From the NCBI GenBank assembly GCA_030704615.1, contig CM060733.1, positions 30,752,001-30,816,000 on the forward strand: DNA of 64,000 nucleotides, given 5' to 3'. A program made the translations under genes and the position numbers. The notes beneath the pieces are model-generated. The model searched no databases. It was not told where the DNA came from and saw only the letters and a list, made by a program, of their open reading frames with translations. Every line of letters begins with the position of its first letter. The stretch's first letter is position 1. Origin of the DNA: Takakia lepidozioides (lineage: Eukaryota > Plantae > Bryophyta). Positions 12,856 to 25,737 of the stretch are shown in pieces.

Positions 12856-13796
12856 TGTTGAAAACCTGAAGGGTTTAGGGTTTAGGGTGGTCAACAAAGG
12901 CTTGCAAAGGTAATAAAAAGTAGAAAAAATTCTAGAAAAAAACACAATAAATTTAAAGGGGGGTCGGTTCGGACCCAAATACAAATGCAATGGAAACCAA
13001 GACAAAAGCATCCAATGTGCGCCTATCGTGCCTAAAGGGATGCAATAAGACTATTATGTGTTATACAAGGACTCTCACCCTCACGATATAATGTTCTCTA
13101 ATTGAAGAATGAGGCATTTTCGCTCCAACCGTAAGTTTTTTTTATGTTTGCTTCTCCTTGTTTAGCGACAAAAATCTTGCTTATGGACAAGCATGCGCTC
13201 AAAGCACTCACAAACATAGGGTCAAGTCTCAACCCCTAATTGGAAAACTTATATGCCCCACCTTCAAAAATAGGTTCGTACCTCTAAGGAAGAATGTGAG
13301 GGCTTACCGCATAAGGTCATCGACAAGAAGGTTAGGTCGGCAGAGGCTTGCGCATGCCCATAGTCCTCTGATCGTTCGAGATGAATTCGAGGGAGGATCA
13401 ACCAAGTCCCTTCTCTCCGACCATCGGGCGTACGACAAGGGGAACCGTGTAGTCGGGGCTAAATTAGCTTACCCAACACGATTACCATATACCCCCAGCC
13501 GCCTTCTCCATTGTAAGCGGTGGCTAAGATGGCGTCAAACGGAAGGCTCTATACGCCCATGCTTTGGAAAGAAAAATGGCCTCGGAAGTATCCAAGGGTT
13601 GGGATTCCCTGTTGTGCGCATACCTATCGCTACACAACTACATCGCTGTCCAAAACCACATAATACATGTGCACACCAAACACTAGTCTATCACTAGTCC
13701 ACCACTAGTGTAGCCACTAGTCCAACCACTAGGCTGCCACTGGCCACCTCTAGTGCAGCCACTAGTCCATCACTAGGCTACCACTAGTCCATCACA
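12856..13796 (-). mobile_element. Gypsy LTR related to 9060-9473, with CCACTAG tandem motifs
   Basis: On the minus strand it begins TGTGATGGACTAGTGG and ends TTTTCAACA; shares the ccactagt array with 9335-9473; no TSD seen. Confidence 0.7.
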
Positions 13797-14621
13797 ATCG
13801 TCAAACTCTCTCAAACTCACATACTTGCATATGAAAACATCACTCATATATTAAGTCGAGCCACCAATGTCATTATGACGTGGCTATCAAAAATTCGCGG
13901 GCGGTGAGTTACATACATAAGCTAATTCTCATGGGTGATCAATGCCACAAATGGCTCCACGAGGGTTGCTTTCCCACTGGGTCAATATATAAGGCGTTGC
14001 CTACACTCGCAAGGAATGACAATACTTCATTGTAAATGATAGGTTCCATGCCAATGTAGGCTAAAAATTTTGCCTCTTTCTTGAATGGTGATGCGCTGGG
14101 TTGGCCCTGGCTAGACATCGCTGCAGTGCTTCCAGGTTCCTGACTCCATGGAAGCCAATTGATGTAACTCATTGTCTGAGCTTTCTTTCTGCAATGAAAG
14201 ATTTTTATGTATTTTGTTCAAAAGGACCGAGCTTTCACACTGTTGGAGGAGTAGTGTTCGAGATGTCTGCACTAGATAGATACTGAGAGGTGGACAAGTC
14301 CGGACTGCTTCATTGGGCATAAATCCAGAAACGGATGGGACGGAAGCAGCATGGCGGCCCAAAACATGTATTTCTTTTCCTTTCTCAGCTCCTTCAGTTG
14401 GTGTCATTTGCAGCTTTTCAAATTCTTTTCTTAGTTGCTGCTAATTGTTGGGAAACCGTGGACATTGTTTTGAATATACCAACAAAAATCAAATGGTGCT
14501 TCTATAATTTTTGGGTCAGTTGTGTCTGGTGGCACTTGCCTGCTGTTTTGTGATACTGTTCCAGCAGTGACACAGTGGCTACAGCGTCTTCGTTGGCTTG
14601 GGACGTCATTTGGTACTGGTG

Positions 14622-14860
14622 AACCATTGAATATAAATTATATGGTGCATTTTTTAATGTTGTTCTACCGTGAAAATCAATACTGCTCAACCATTGAGTA
14701 TAAATTCATATGTTGTATTGTTTGATGTTGTCTTGCCTTGAAAATTAATATTGCTCGACCATTGAGTATAAACTCATATGGTGCATTGATTTGATGTTGT
14801 CCTTCTGTGAAAATCAATATTGTTGGACTATTGACTGTGAATTGATATGGTGACACTCAA
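14622..14860. repeat. Degenerate ~68-bp tandem repeat, about 3.5 copies
   Basis: Units start accattga(a/g)tataaa at ~14622, 14690 and 14758, then actattga at ~14827. Confidence 0.75.
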
Positions 14861-16339
14861 GTATTGAATGTCAATTGGTATGGTGACAGTCGGGATGTGA
14901 TATTGCAGGTTATAAGAGTTACAACATTGTTGATGTGCCATGGATGATGGCGTGCATTGTTAGATTAAGTAATATTTAATTAATTTATCTATTTATTTAG
15001 GGTTTCCAATGAAACAATAGTCTTGGAAACACTACCCCAGGAATGGGATTTACTTGTTTGTCATTAAACAATCTAGAACTTTATGTTGTTTCTTTGAGAG
15101 TACAGCAAGATTTGGGGCTCTCCCAGATAGTTTTGTCTTAGAGCTTCTGCCGCCTCCGTACCACTTTTGTTGCCTCTATGGCTTTTCTAAGCTCGCAGAG
15201 GTGTTTTGTGAAGAGGAATTTACTTTTTATGCAGTTTAATCTGGCACGTTTCCTCTGAAAACAATCTTAAAGGGATTGAGAGCGAGTCAGTGCAAGTTCA
15301 ATTGAAAGTGGTGGTACCAACAACCTCCATCATGAGTCTCCTAGAACAAATGTAAGTTTAGGAAATCAGAACTCATTTTGTAGGGATATGGTCAAAGCTT
15401 GCCTTGAATAGACTCATGTCACAAACTAGCTGAAACAGAACGCCAGATGTCACAAAATGCATCACCAGCCCTGTTGTGTCCACTGTCTGCACTTTCATTC
15501 CAGGCACTCTCCCGTAGAAATTCTGCCAGTTATAAATACAGCGAAAACATCAACAGGAGAATAACATCTCATCCATTGAATTGAATCTACCTTATCTACC
15601 TTACTCCCTCAAAAACAGGAAGAAACCTCTTTTTCTGATCAATGGGCTTGTTGTAAATTTATTTGGGAAATAAAGTGAAATTTTCAGATTTTACACAGTC
15701 CACTTATTACCAAATCATCTTCACGAACCTTGAAAACTTTCGTCCCATAACTCTGAGGACGCTAATATACAAGATCAATTCCATTTCTCTCTCTCACAAG
15801 AGAAGCTCGTTCCATTATTCACTGGCATGGGGATAGACAAACAAGCACCACAGGTATAATTAGACGAGCAAGCTCATACTTGGACGGCAGAGAAGTAAGG
15901 GGGAGTTCTCTGAAAAGCCACCGGATCCAAGAGGGCAAAACCAGCAAGGGGGTCATTTGTTAGGCTGCAGTAATTCCCGAACTTGGTCCATTAACCATTT
16001 AGCATTGGGAATATTTCTCTTCCGTACCGTGGCTACGACATGCAATCTATCTGTTCTGACAAGATCAGGAGCTGAACTCTTTTCTAGCAGAGCTACTTTA
16101 GAATCTCTCTCCTTTGATTCATTTGCAAAGACATAGTACAGGCGGATGGCATTGGCCAGTAGTCTGCCAAGTCTGGTCAGCAGAGTAAGTGAGGGTCCAC
16201 CGTACTCAGAATGGCGAGTCAAACCATTTCTCCCTCCTCACCCCCTGCTTCAGTATCTCCAGTCTCTTGCCCTGCTTCAGGATCTCCACCTCGGTCTCGT
16301 CTTGACCATCGCGCTCCTGCCAGGCCCCCTCTCAAAATC

Positions 16340-17167
16340 TGGCCTATAATCAACACGTTCTATCTTTCTTGGAATAGCATCCCTATTTCCCCGATCCACC
16401 TCATGCTGAACTATGACCCTGTTTCTAAACAACTGTTTCTTCATGCCCTGTTTTCGAGACTCTTATAGGATCTGTGCTTTGGAATATCTGGAAACTGAGA
16501 TGCAAAAAAACTTTTGAGGATACATCAAGGAATCTCTCGAGTTTTCTTAAGGGATCTCATTGTAGAGTCAAGAAAAGCTTGGTTGAAAGTGTGTGCAGAA
16601 ACTGAACGTAACCCCGACAAGGCTGCTGCTCTGTATGCCGTCTTCTACTCGACTTGGGCCCTGGGAGGTATCATCTGCAGAAGACAGGAGCACGGCAAAT
16701 ATGTTTGGGAGGAGCCGCCAAATCACTGGAGGAACCACAAAGACACCTTGCACAGCGTCGCCGGAGTTTGACCGTGACATTAACTGGAAGCACGTCAAAG
16801 TTCCTAAGTCCTCGGCCTCCAAGCTTTCTTCCATTGATCTCGTTGTTTTCCTTCTCTCGTTTTAAGTCTCTCAACCACTTAGACGATTCTCCTTGGCCTC
16901 TGGCGACTTGATCGGGGTGGCCCGCACTTCTCTCGCTATAATTCAAGCTTATTCTCTCTTTTCATCCAAGCTCTACTCGTCTTCCATTCATCCCTTTCAT
17001 TTGTCCTCATTCATATGGGTGTGTCACCCTTGGAATGGTCTTATGTCACCCTAGTGACGTATTAGCCTCATGGCTCTTTGGGGTTTTAATTTTTTTCCCC
17101 TTCAATAAACCCAATAAAGTGGTCCAGGGCTTCCTCCCTTGTTTTTAAAAATAAAATAAAATAAAAA
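16340..17167 (+). mobile_element. 3' fragment of a related L1 LINE with A-rich tail
   Basis: LNYDP..WNIWKLRCK..ESRKAWLKVC..LHSVAGV* is homologous to the 2768-3200 region; similar 3' UTR and (AAAAT)n end. Confidence 0.85.
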
Positions 17168-18147
17168 TGTTTGATTCAATATATACCCTCACAAATCCCT
17201 CCATGCCACCTCCCTCACTCTACGGTCACTATAGTAGATGAAGTAAAGCTGGATTTCAAATTAAAATTGCACACGCATGAACTAGTATGAATGCGCTCCA
17301 CTTCAAATTCTCCTCGCACCTCTCACCCGCACTGTACCTAACGTTCTCCCCACCCGGTCATCCCTTCTCCTTCTCTCGTGATCCGTTGCGACCTTTCAAA
17401 ACCTCTCTGTCCGAAATTTACCGGGACAGCTACAGGGAATTGACACAGAGCTACAGAACTCTTCTCTTCACCAACAAACAAACTACACTCGCATAATGTC
17501 AATTTAAGAAGCAAGGCACATCGCCTTCCCAACGAAGACTTTTGGGAGAGCTCCCGGGCGGGAAGACGACTGTTGGTTACATCAGATGGATGGATGAACG
17601 GGTTATCAGATGAACGGTCACAGACGTTGGATGGATGTGAAGTAGGTTGCGTACTTTTTCTTTGCAGCAGGAGTCACGTTACTAACTAGATATGGTGGCC
17701 ACGTGTTGGTCACACACATGCTACACGACATCGAGAGCAACACGTGATTACCTATGGATGAGAATGAAGTCGTCCATCCGGGTTTGTTTGTCTACCATCC
17801 CAGGTCATCGGAAACCAGGGGAATATACTAGGGGAATATACCACTTGTCTCATTCTATTTCTCTTCAAGAAGCGATTGTTCCCCTGGAATTGCAAAGCCA
17901 CAACTTACAAGCAAACATCCAATAGAGTGTGATCTGTCTTTCATATCACTTTCTGGTCACAATTGTTTTTCAAAGTCATCTCCTCACACATACAGCTCTC
18001 GCCTATTAATTGCTGAACTTTGGCTCTGGACTACAGATTGCATGCAAGTTACGCTGCATGCATTGGAGATTACAAAAAATGGGGACAAGCAGGAGCAACA
18101 CCTTCATGAAACAACAGCTATGGCACCAGCAGAGAATATCTCTCCTC

Positions 18148-19535
18148 CTACTGACATAAATCACAATTCCCTTCACATTGATAATACTTCTTCAGTGCTG
18201 AGTCTGCTTGTGGGCGGTTCTTCGTGAAGTCCTCCGCCATCTCAATTTCCTGAATCTCCTGCATCTGCTGCAGGAGCTTTCCAAGATGATACATATCTGA
18301 CGCCTTGGTATATAAACCACCATCTTCTAAGGTAGTCTCATCCCAATCTGCATGCATGATTCTTGGAGCCTCCTTATCACGTCCAGCACTTTCCATATCA
18401 ATAATGACCCACCTCGTCCGCTCAGGGCCATCAACTTTCACAATATTTTGCCACCGAAGATCACGGTGTGTGAAGTTGTTCTTGTGCAACTCTTTGAGGC
18501 CACAAAGAACATCATGGACTGCCGGCCTCACCTCGGTTTGTTGTGGCTGTGCTGCTGGGTCACCAACAGGGTTCAATTTCACCTTGTATAGTTGTTGGCG
18601 GGAACGTGTTGGTTCAGTCACAGCTTGCACCAACCATGGATTGCCTTTAATAGAGGCATAAAGTTTCTTCAGCAGTTCAAATTGGTCATCCTCCATCTTG
18701 GGCACAGATTTGAGAACATACGTTGGACCAAACTCAACCTGATTACCATTTCGCCGTCTCATTGTGCAGTATAGTGAGCCTGGGACACCAGAACTAGGTA
18801 GACGTGCAGCTAGCTGCTGCAACACAAGATACAACCTCATAACAGTCTGAACGAAGAGATGCCTGAGCCTTCGCACATTCAAATCATAAAGTATTGATAT
18901 CGATCTGAAAGATAGCTTCCCGTTCTTGTCTTGGAAAAGAACGAGCCACTGGAATCGACCTCCAGCGCAAGCCCCTCAAATGACGTATGGAATGTTCCCA
19001 TAGTAGAGAGGACTCCAGGTGCTCATTTTTTTGATGTTCTCATTCATAGCAACACTGAAATCTTTGAAATCTGTCTTGTTTTCCCATCTGGCAAGGACTA
19101 CGCCTCTCAGAAGTACTCGAAGGTCTGGCTTTTTCAACTGCAAATTTGCGGAAGCTGTGGTACTTTGGGCAATGCAATCCAACTTATAACTTAAGGACAA
19201 TGTATCTTTTGCTGCCACCATTTGATCCACCATCCTTAAGACGTTTGCTGTCATGTCAGCTAGCTGATGTGACATTGTTGCCTCCCGTGCAGTCAAATCA
19301 AAAGGCTGCCTGCATACTTCTGTAATATAACTTCTCAAGGCTTGCAAATTTGGCGTTTCTCCTGATCCAACTGTTTCGATTAGCGCTTGTGGTGGAAGCT
19401 CCACTGGAGTCGCCAAAACTGTCTCCAGGTCTTTCATATCAGGTAGATGCTCCAGTGGCCGCAACCAAGATGACACAAGAACCTCATTTGCTGCAGGCAT
19501 TTCTTCTGAATCCATGACTTCCGTTTCTTTGAGAT
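18148..19535 (-). pseudogene. Crinkler-like gene C effector exon: PD-(D/E)xK REase plus protein kinase, one in-frame TGA at 18976-18978
   Basis: KKPDLRVLLRGVVLARWENK, WSPLYYGNIPY, HRDLRWQNI, IIDME and SDMYHLG; ORFs 18976..19563 and 18148..18882 are in the same frame; phase-1 acceptor CAG|AT at 19535. Confidence 0.8.
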
Positions 19536-19778
19536 CTGACCTGAGCCTGCAGTCCAACACCAAAATACCAAGATACGAGCCCCATTACTGAAACACTACC
19601 AAAAGAGCCTCCTATGTTATCCACTGCAGCAACCCTGAACCTTAAACAACTGCTATTACACCATGGAGCTTGAAAATGTCACTCTGCCTTTCCCAATTCA
19701 CAGTACCACCACATACAAGCTTAGGAAGGTATGGAAGATGAAAGGCCCTCACAGAGTATGTCCTGGCCTTGAAAGAGG

Positions 19779-20306
19779 CCCTCCCACACTTTACACAGTC
19801 AATCTCTCCTCTTGCCCATGGTGATACAAGGAGGGAGGTAGAAGGTGCTGTAGATTCTTGGGAGAGCTTTGCCACTTCTGCTGCTGATAGAGTCATGGGA
19901 GGAAACTAATTATCTGTGGTAGAGTAGTAAATTGGTGGACCCATGAGATCAAGCTCAAGATTGCTGAGAGGCAGGCGCTCTATAAGGACTGTTGTAATAT
20001 CAAAGATGAAAAAATGCTCTGGTCTAGATACTACCAACTGCGTAAAGAGGTCAATCAGCTTGTAAGGGATCAGAAGAGGCTTTACTATGAGAAGTTGTAC
20101 AGTGACATAAACTTAACCCACCCTGGTCGTAATGACAAAAGATTCCGGTTGGCCTTACAGCCAATCATCATAACACCAACAATTGCACAGCCAATACAGG
20201 TACCCTACCTGGATCTTGGCAAGAACCACAACAGTGATAGACAATGTATACAGACTGGGAAAACGTAACACACCGAAGAGAAAAGAAGACAAGAACGCAG
20301 AACACT
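19779..20306 (+). repeat. Shared intron module R1 (copy at 34038-34572), containing a LINE-like fragment
   Basis: Near-identical to 34038-34572; + strand WSRYYQLRKEVNQLVRDQKRLYYEKL resembles a non-LTR ORF2 tether. Confidence 0.9.
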
Positions 20307-20453
20307 GAGACCTTGTGTTTCATTGACTGCCTAAACTACTCGAACTCAAGACAGAAAAACAAAGAAAAGCAACAAAAGCATGAAGAAAAGCAAAACCCTG
20401 CTACCTGCTGTAGGTGCTACAAAAGCTTTGTGAAGTATCCCCACAATAGCCAA

Positions 20454-21928
20454 CCCATGTTGTTGAGATGCATCTATCATGTAGTGCACAACCAGAATTC
20501 CACATATAAATAACAAACAACCGTGTCTTTCAAAGGACCCTCCTCATATTTTACTTGTTAACATGGATCTATCGAATGAATAAACTGCGTGTCTCAACCG
20601 TACACAGGATCACACACGGGATTGGAAGAAGCTGTTGAAAACCTGAGTGCACAACGCAGCCAAGAAACCAAAAAAATTGCAAACACTTGACTCCAAGCTA
20701 CGCATTGAACGAATCATTGAACAAATCAGCAACTGCAGCGGGTTCAACAATCAGCTGCCCAATTGTCTTGCAAGAATTCAAATGTGCCTGCCCATCATCA
20801 GAATTGCAGACAAAAAAACAAACGGGCTCAGACTGCCCTAGGCAACCCATCGACATTCACCAGACTCTCTCCATGACGCACTATCTGACACCCTAGCTAA
20901 TGGGTGAACACTGTCACAGAAGGTTCTGCAGCCAAGGCGGTTTTGGTTAACTCACATAAGTCACCAACAACCACATTCTGTCATCGACCAATTAACGGCT
21001 CAAAACATGAATTTCGGCTAGAGCTTTCTATCCTCTGAAGATGGTACTCAGCAAATCGTTAGGGTTTCAAATCTTCATTTGATTTTTGTTACGTCTCTTG
21101 CTTCTTGGTTGAACGGTGTTGTGTCTGTCTTCGCAGCCTACTTTCTTTGTGGGATTGTTGGTTATGGAAACCATGGTTGATGGTTTAGGGTGTCAGATAG
21201 TGCGTCAAGGAGGGAGTCTGGTGAGTGTAAGTTTGCAGGGTTTGCTACCAATGTGTGAAGAATGAGTTTATGTTCTCTCTTTAGTACTTTGATGCATGTG
21301 ACCTGCGAATCAGTAGTGTTGTTCAAACTTTTACTGTACATACTCTTGGGATGCCATTGAGCCCGTCCAAATCTATTACGGTTATGGTTATGGATGCAAA
21401 AAATCCAAGAGAGCTCCAGAGACACAAAGGAAGACTGCCTCTCCCTCACAATAAAAATAGAAGTGGATGCAAGGACGGCAATCACTCACAAGTGAACTAC
21501 CAAAATGACGGTTTAGAGTTAGGGTTTCAGGCCACACAACACTTTAAACCTGCCATCATCTGCCGCAATCTGACCGACCACTGCGCTTCAAGAGATTCAG
21601 AAGGGCTTGCCCTCTGACCTCGCACGAAAAGTGCCCACAAAGGTTCACGGCCAGACATTTCCAAGAAGCAGTGCAATGCATATAATCCTTGTGAAAACCC
21701 TTACTCCAAAACGAGTGTGTCGGCAACCAGAATTCCACATACAAATAATATGCTGCTCATTGGCATTTGAGATCATAATCAACCAAGGATTCTGAAGCCA
21801 TAACTAATATTATCATTTCCTCTTCAAAAGGAGCAAATGATCTGGTGACGATAAACTCTAAGTACTTGAACCTCACTATCAGCAAACTCAGGCCGCAGAG
21901 CCCTAAGAAACTCAGACCACCACAAGGA
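20454..21928 (+). repeat. Shared intron module R2/R3 (copy at 28658-30134, partial copies at 33567-33740 and 34975-35249)
   Basis: Direct comparison shows very few mismatches; internal 21058-21334 is inverted relative to 29262-29538. Confidence 0.95.
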
Positions 21929-21954
21929 AGTTTAGGGTTTAGGGTTTATATACC

Positions 21955-22204
21955 CCTACAGAACGCTAGGGCTCACTAAATGCTCTGATGAGCGATAGCA
22001 CCACACCACGTCAGACAAGAAGAACATCGAGCAAAGAACCTCTGTCAGCAGCTGCAAGTGCAAGTACACTTGAAGATGTAAGTCCATTGTTCACAAGTAT
22101 ATCCAAATCTTGGTCACTAATTTCCTCAAACTCCTCCGGTGGTAGCTTTGTCTCCAAAAGCTTTCGAACACGCTCACGCTTAGCCAAACCACAAGATGGT
22201 GTAA
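21955..22204 (-). pseudogene. Gene C header exon, SAM-like helical domain with two premature stops
   Basis: Acceptor GTGCAG|TT (phase 1); KLLETKLPPEEFEEISDQDLDILVNNGLTSSSVLA..DRGSLLDVLLV*RGVVLSLIRAF; donor position uncertain. Confidence 0.55.
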
Positions 22205-23276
22205 CTGCACATAACACGAAGGAGAAGGCCTCCTATACGCAAGGGCTGTAGGGGCGATCGTGATAAACATATTCTCATATTCTTGATCTGGTTTGCATTG
22301 CAGGATGGGAACGTCAGGTTTGAGGAGCTGGAAAAGCATGCACTGGAAGCAGGAGAGCCACTCATAGTTTCTGGCAAACAGATACAGTTCTCTTGTTCAT
22401 GTCTGCAGGAGTTGGCGGAGATGATATTCTACTCTAAATATGACGACTCCAAGTAGGCGCTTGGTAGTCAGAAAGTAGCCAGTGACATCCTAGTTGTGTA
22501 CAGTTGGCTGAAACAGGGAAAGGGGATTCTGTTACGAACATACAATATTGTAGTCAATGCTAGCTTCCTGGTTAGTCTGATCCTAATAATAGTCAATTTT
22601 CCCACAGAAACTGCTCAACCTAAAGTGACTCTACCCAAAGTGGCTTTGAGAAACTTCGGTTTCTCCAAAACAGCTCAGGGCACTCGAGCGTTAACCCTTA
22701 AGCGCCCAGTGCCCAATGTTGACTTTTTGAAAAAAGTGGACCCCAGCTCAGGAAAATGAGAATATCTCAGCGAAAAAAAAGTTTTTGGGAAATTTGACCG
22801 GACATTATGCTCATACCTACCCCTTCCAGACACCGGTAAATTTGCAGGCCAATCAGGCGAAAATCCGAGAAACGCCACCGTTGAGTGTGGGGCCCATTTT
22901 TTGGGCCCCTCCCAAAACAATAAGGGAAATTGGAGGAATATTGTTGCAACAAAGACCTCGGAGCTACATGAACACTAAGGCAAAAAGCTGGAGTAGCAAA
23001 CAAATCATTCAGATAAGGACTCAGTGAACCCCAATACTGCACAACCTCTCTTTGGACTGTCAAGCGACTCTCTACGGCTGGATCCTCAGTACAAACGTTT
23101 CATGGCTACCAACAACAAACCAACCCCCAAACACACCACTGCTTAGAAAAAGACAGAACACCACTACATAGAAAAAGTGTCGTAAGGAGGATACCCCCTC
23201 TTTGGCATCAAAGGTCTCCACATCAGTGCAGTAAGAAATCAACCATATCAATTACTGAACATAGAAGTATCTATAA

Positions 23277-25388
23277 TCAGAGAAGGCTATGGCTCTTGAC
23301 AAAGCATCCTCCAAGGCACATATACACATCTCCACACGCGTGACAAAAATACCTTTGACGCATACCGCAATGAACACACTTCCTCCTCCTACTAGTCTTG
23401 AGGGAGAAATGCACAGACCCCGGGTTGGGCACATCTGCCCCTGGCATTACTGTTCTCCTGGGAGGAACCCACCCCACAATTAGTCCCTTTGCAACCTCCA
23501 AATTGAAAAGCATGTGGCTAAGAGGAATGTGGCCCTTTCCCCTCATAAAACCCAGGTACAATATGTAAGCATTCACCAAATAAGTGTCAACTCCATGAAA
23601 GTACAAGCGGTGCCACCATTTATGGTCCCTGGTCTGAACAGAATAGTAACCCCGTAGCTGATCCTGAACATCCACTCCCCGCATATGCTGCTGGTAATGA
23701 ACCACAATAGGGGAGGTAGGCACATCACGTCTTGCCCCTTTGTGCCATCTTTGTATGAAGCAATCATGACCGACAGGGGAAATGGCAGTGGAAATCATGG
23801 TCACCAACTTGGCATCCATCCAGGCAATAGCGGCTACTTTGCCACTTATGTGAACACGATATTCCAGCCTACCTCTCTCACCCTTCTTCCCCAAATCAAG
23901 GCACGTAGGAAAACCCACTCGGGAGGTTTTTACTGTGCCAGTAGCATAGATCTGTTTTGCTGCCAAATCATAGAACAGGATAGGGCTACTGAAAAAATTA
24001 TCCATCGTTACAATATGGCCCTTACCCTCAAATCCTTCTAGTAACCTTGTCACCACGCCATATCCACTGCCATGGGTCATATCATTCCCATCATCCTTCC
24101 CAAGGTAAACCTCTAACTTCTGAACATATTTGGAACATGCACCACACAAACACCACACCTTCAGACCCCACTGCACAGGCTTCTTGCTCAGGTATTGCTG
24201 GATTCGGGCATATTTGCCCTTGTACTTCACCATTTGCTCATCCACAGTCAAATTCTGCTCGGGGCTCATGTAGGTGGCATACAAACCATTTAGTGCATGT
24301 AGCAACCACCTGGTTTTAGCTAACTTATCAAAAGCAGGGTCAGTGTCAATAGTGCATACATCCTTGTTGTCAACAAGGTGGAGGCACCTCAGAATTGTCT
24401 CATATCGGTTGCGGGACATAATGCGCATGATGGAAGGGCAATTGAAGAAGGCATTGTTGGCTTTCCAATACAATCTAGTACTAGGCAATTTTTTTATTCC
24501 CATGAGCATGTGAACAGCAAGCCAAGCCTTCAATTCACGGATGGTGATAGGGTACCACCATCTACCTCGTTTCAGGTTTCCATTCTGGTTTTCTGTCCTG
24601 GCATACAAGTTGGTCATGTTGCAAATTCGGCGCATGACCGATAGTGGCCAAAACAAATTGAAAAAATCAACTGGATTTGCTGAATCTCCAAAAGGCAAAC
24701 GAGGACCCGAATCCCCACCTAACCATGTAATGTCTGGCAATTCAGTAACAGAGAAGTTCCACATGTCATCACCAAACAACTCAGCAGGACCCCACTGCTC
24801 CCAATTGGGCGGCAAATCATATAATCCCACCTCACGCGTTGGATTCCCCATGTCAACACAGTAGTCCATCAAGTCAGGATTGTCGATGTCAACAAGGTCA
24901 TCATCTTCTGGATTATAGTCACAATCAGAATATGATTCACTATCATCTACTTCCCCCTCAGGCAATTCAGCTTCAGAATCCAACCCCAAGAGCTCAGGGA
25001 TAGTGCACAACATTGAATCATCAAGATTACACACAACACATGACTGTGACGATACCACATGAACACCAAGGACACCAAAAAAAGAGACAGTATAATTTTT
25101 TGTACCATTCAGGATGTCCCATGTCTTGTCTACCACAGTGCCATATCCAAATTCGTGGGCATTGCTAGATGATGCCACATCCTGAAGGTGCAGCTCAGCC
25201 ACTGCCACCTTCACTGTGGATCCCAAAATCCCTATGTCCTCCATAGTTTGGGAGTGACCAGCAGGATCACATAGCGGATTTTGAGAGTTGCGCAAGGAGT
25301 AGGTCGAATTGCCCATCTCCTCACTCATGAAATCAAAAGAGGGTTCAATACGATTACCTCTCTCCCTGGCCAGTTGTTTAAGCCTCAT
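23277..25388 (-). CDS. piggyBac transposase (DDE_Tnp_1_7-type, C-terminal Cys-rich domain), 703 aa, uninterrupted
   Basis: FFNLFWP, LMGIKKLPSTRLYW, MSRNRYETI, catalytic VDEQM / MDNFF / GVDVQDQ, KWWHRLYF and CVHC..CHAC..C..C..H. Confidence 0.95.
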   Translation of the reverse strand: MRLKQLARERGNRIEPSFDFMSEEMGNSTYSLRNSQNPLCDPAGHSQTMEDIGILGSTVKVAVAELHLQDVASSSNAHEFGYGTVVDKTWDILNGTKNYTVSFFGVLGVHVVSSQSCVVCNLDDSMLCTIPELLGLDSEAELPEGEVDDSESYSDCDYNPEDDDLVDIDNPDLMDYCVDMGNPTREVGLYDLPPNWEQWGPAELFGDDMWNFSVTELPDITWLGGDSGPRLPFGDSANPVDFFNLFWPLSVMRRICNMTNLYARTENQNGNLKRGRWWYPITIRELKAWLAVHMLMGIKKLPSTRLYWKANNAFFNCPSIMRIMSRNRYETILRCLHLVDNKDVCTIDTDPAFDKLAKTRWLLHALNGLYATYMSPEQNLTVDEQMVKYKGKYARIQQYLSKKPVQWGLKVWCLCGACSKYVQKLEVYLGKDDGNDMTHGSGYGVVTRLLEGFEGKGHIVTMDNFFSSPILFYDLAAKQIYATGTVKTSRVGFPTCLDLGKKGERGRLEYRVHISGKVAAIAWMDAKLVTMISTAISPVGHDCFIQRWHKGARRDVPTSPIVVHYQQHMRGVDVQDQLRGYYSVQTRDHKWWHRLYFHGVDTYLVNAYILYLGFMRGKGHIPLSHMLFNLEVAKGLIVGWVPPRRTVMPGADVPNPGSVHFSLKTSRRRKCVHCGMRQRYFCHACGDVYMCLGGCFVKSHSLL

Positions 25389-25737
25389 CGTGGCTGGCAG
25401 AAGACGTCTGGAAGTCAGGCCAAACCTCGAGCCTCAAAATGTCGTTGACCTCTGCGCTGAACCCAAGGGGGTCTCCTTCCTCCTTGCGATCTACCCAACC
25501 CAAAATCTCTGCACAATGACGCCTAAACAAGTAACGAAAGTTGGAGGGCTGTGGAAATCCAGGCCAACGCACACGAGCAGGTCTCTTCAAACACAAGAGG
25601 TAGTCCTCATTCAGGCACCCGACAATCCGCTCGACTTGCTCGGTTGATGCGCCCAGTGAGCGTGCCCACTTGGCAATCGATACAGCTTGAGTCTCCAAAT
25701 GCGCAGGTGCAGGGGGAGGCAACACACCCGAACCCAT
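25378..25737 (-). CDS. Small accessory ORF (119 aa) of the piggyBac, overlapping the transposase start
   Basis: ATG-initiated, inside the TIRs, same strand, 11-nt overlap with the transposase ORF; function inferred only. Confidence 0.45.
   Translation of the reverse strand: MGSGVLPPPAPAHLETQAVSIAKWARSLGASTEQVERIVGCLNEDYLLCLKRPARVRWPGFPQPSNFRYLFRRHCAEILGWVDRKEEGDPLGFSAEVNDILRLEVWPDFQTSSASHDEA

Noticed and set aside
18976-18978. Single in-frame TGA in gene C as a readthrough or editing site
   Set aside because: Neighbouring paralogues and the gene C header carry ordinary disabling lesions, so simple decay is more likely.
20647-21795. Short ORFs repeated identically in the intron modules (e.g. 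MHNAAKKPKK, MPSDLARK) as immunity or antitoxin genes
   Set aside because: Identity just reflects recent DNA duplication; alternative starts, no recognisable domain and no synonymous bias seen.
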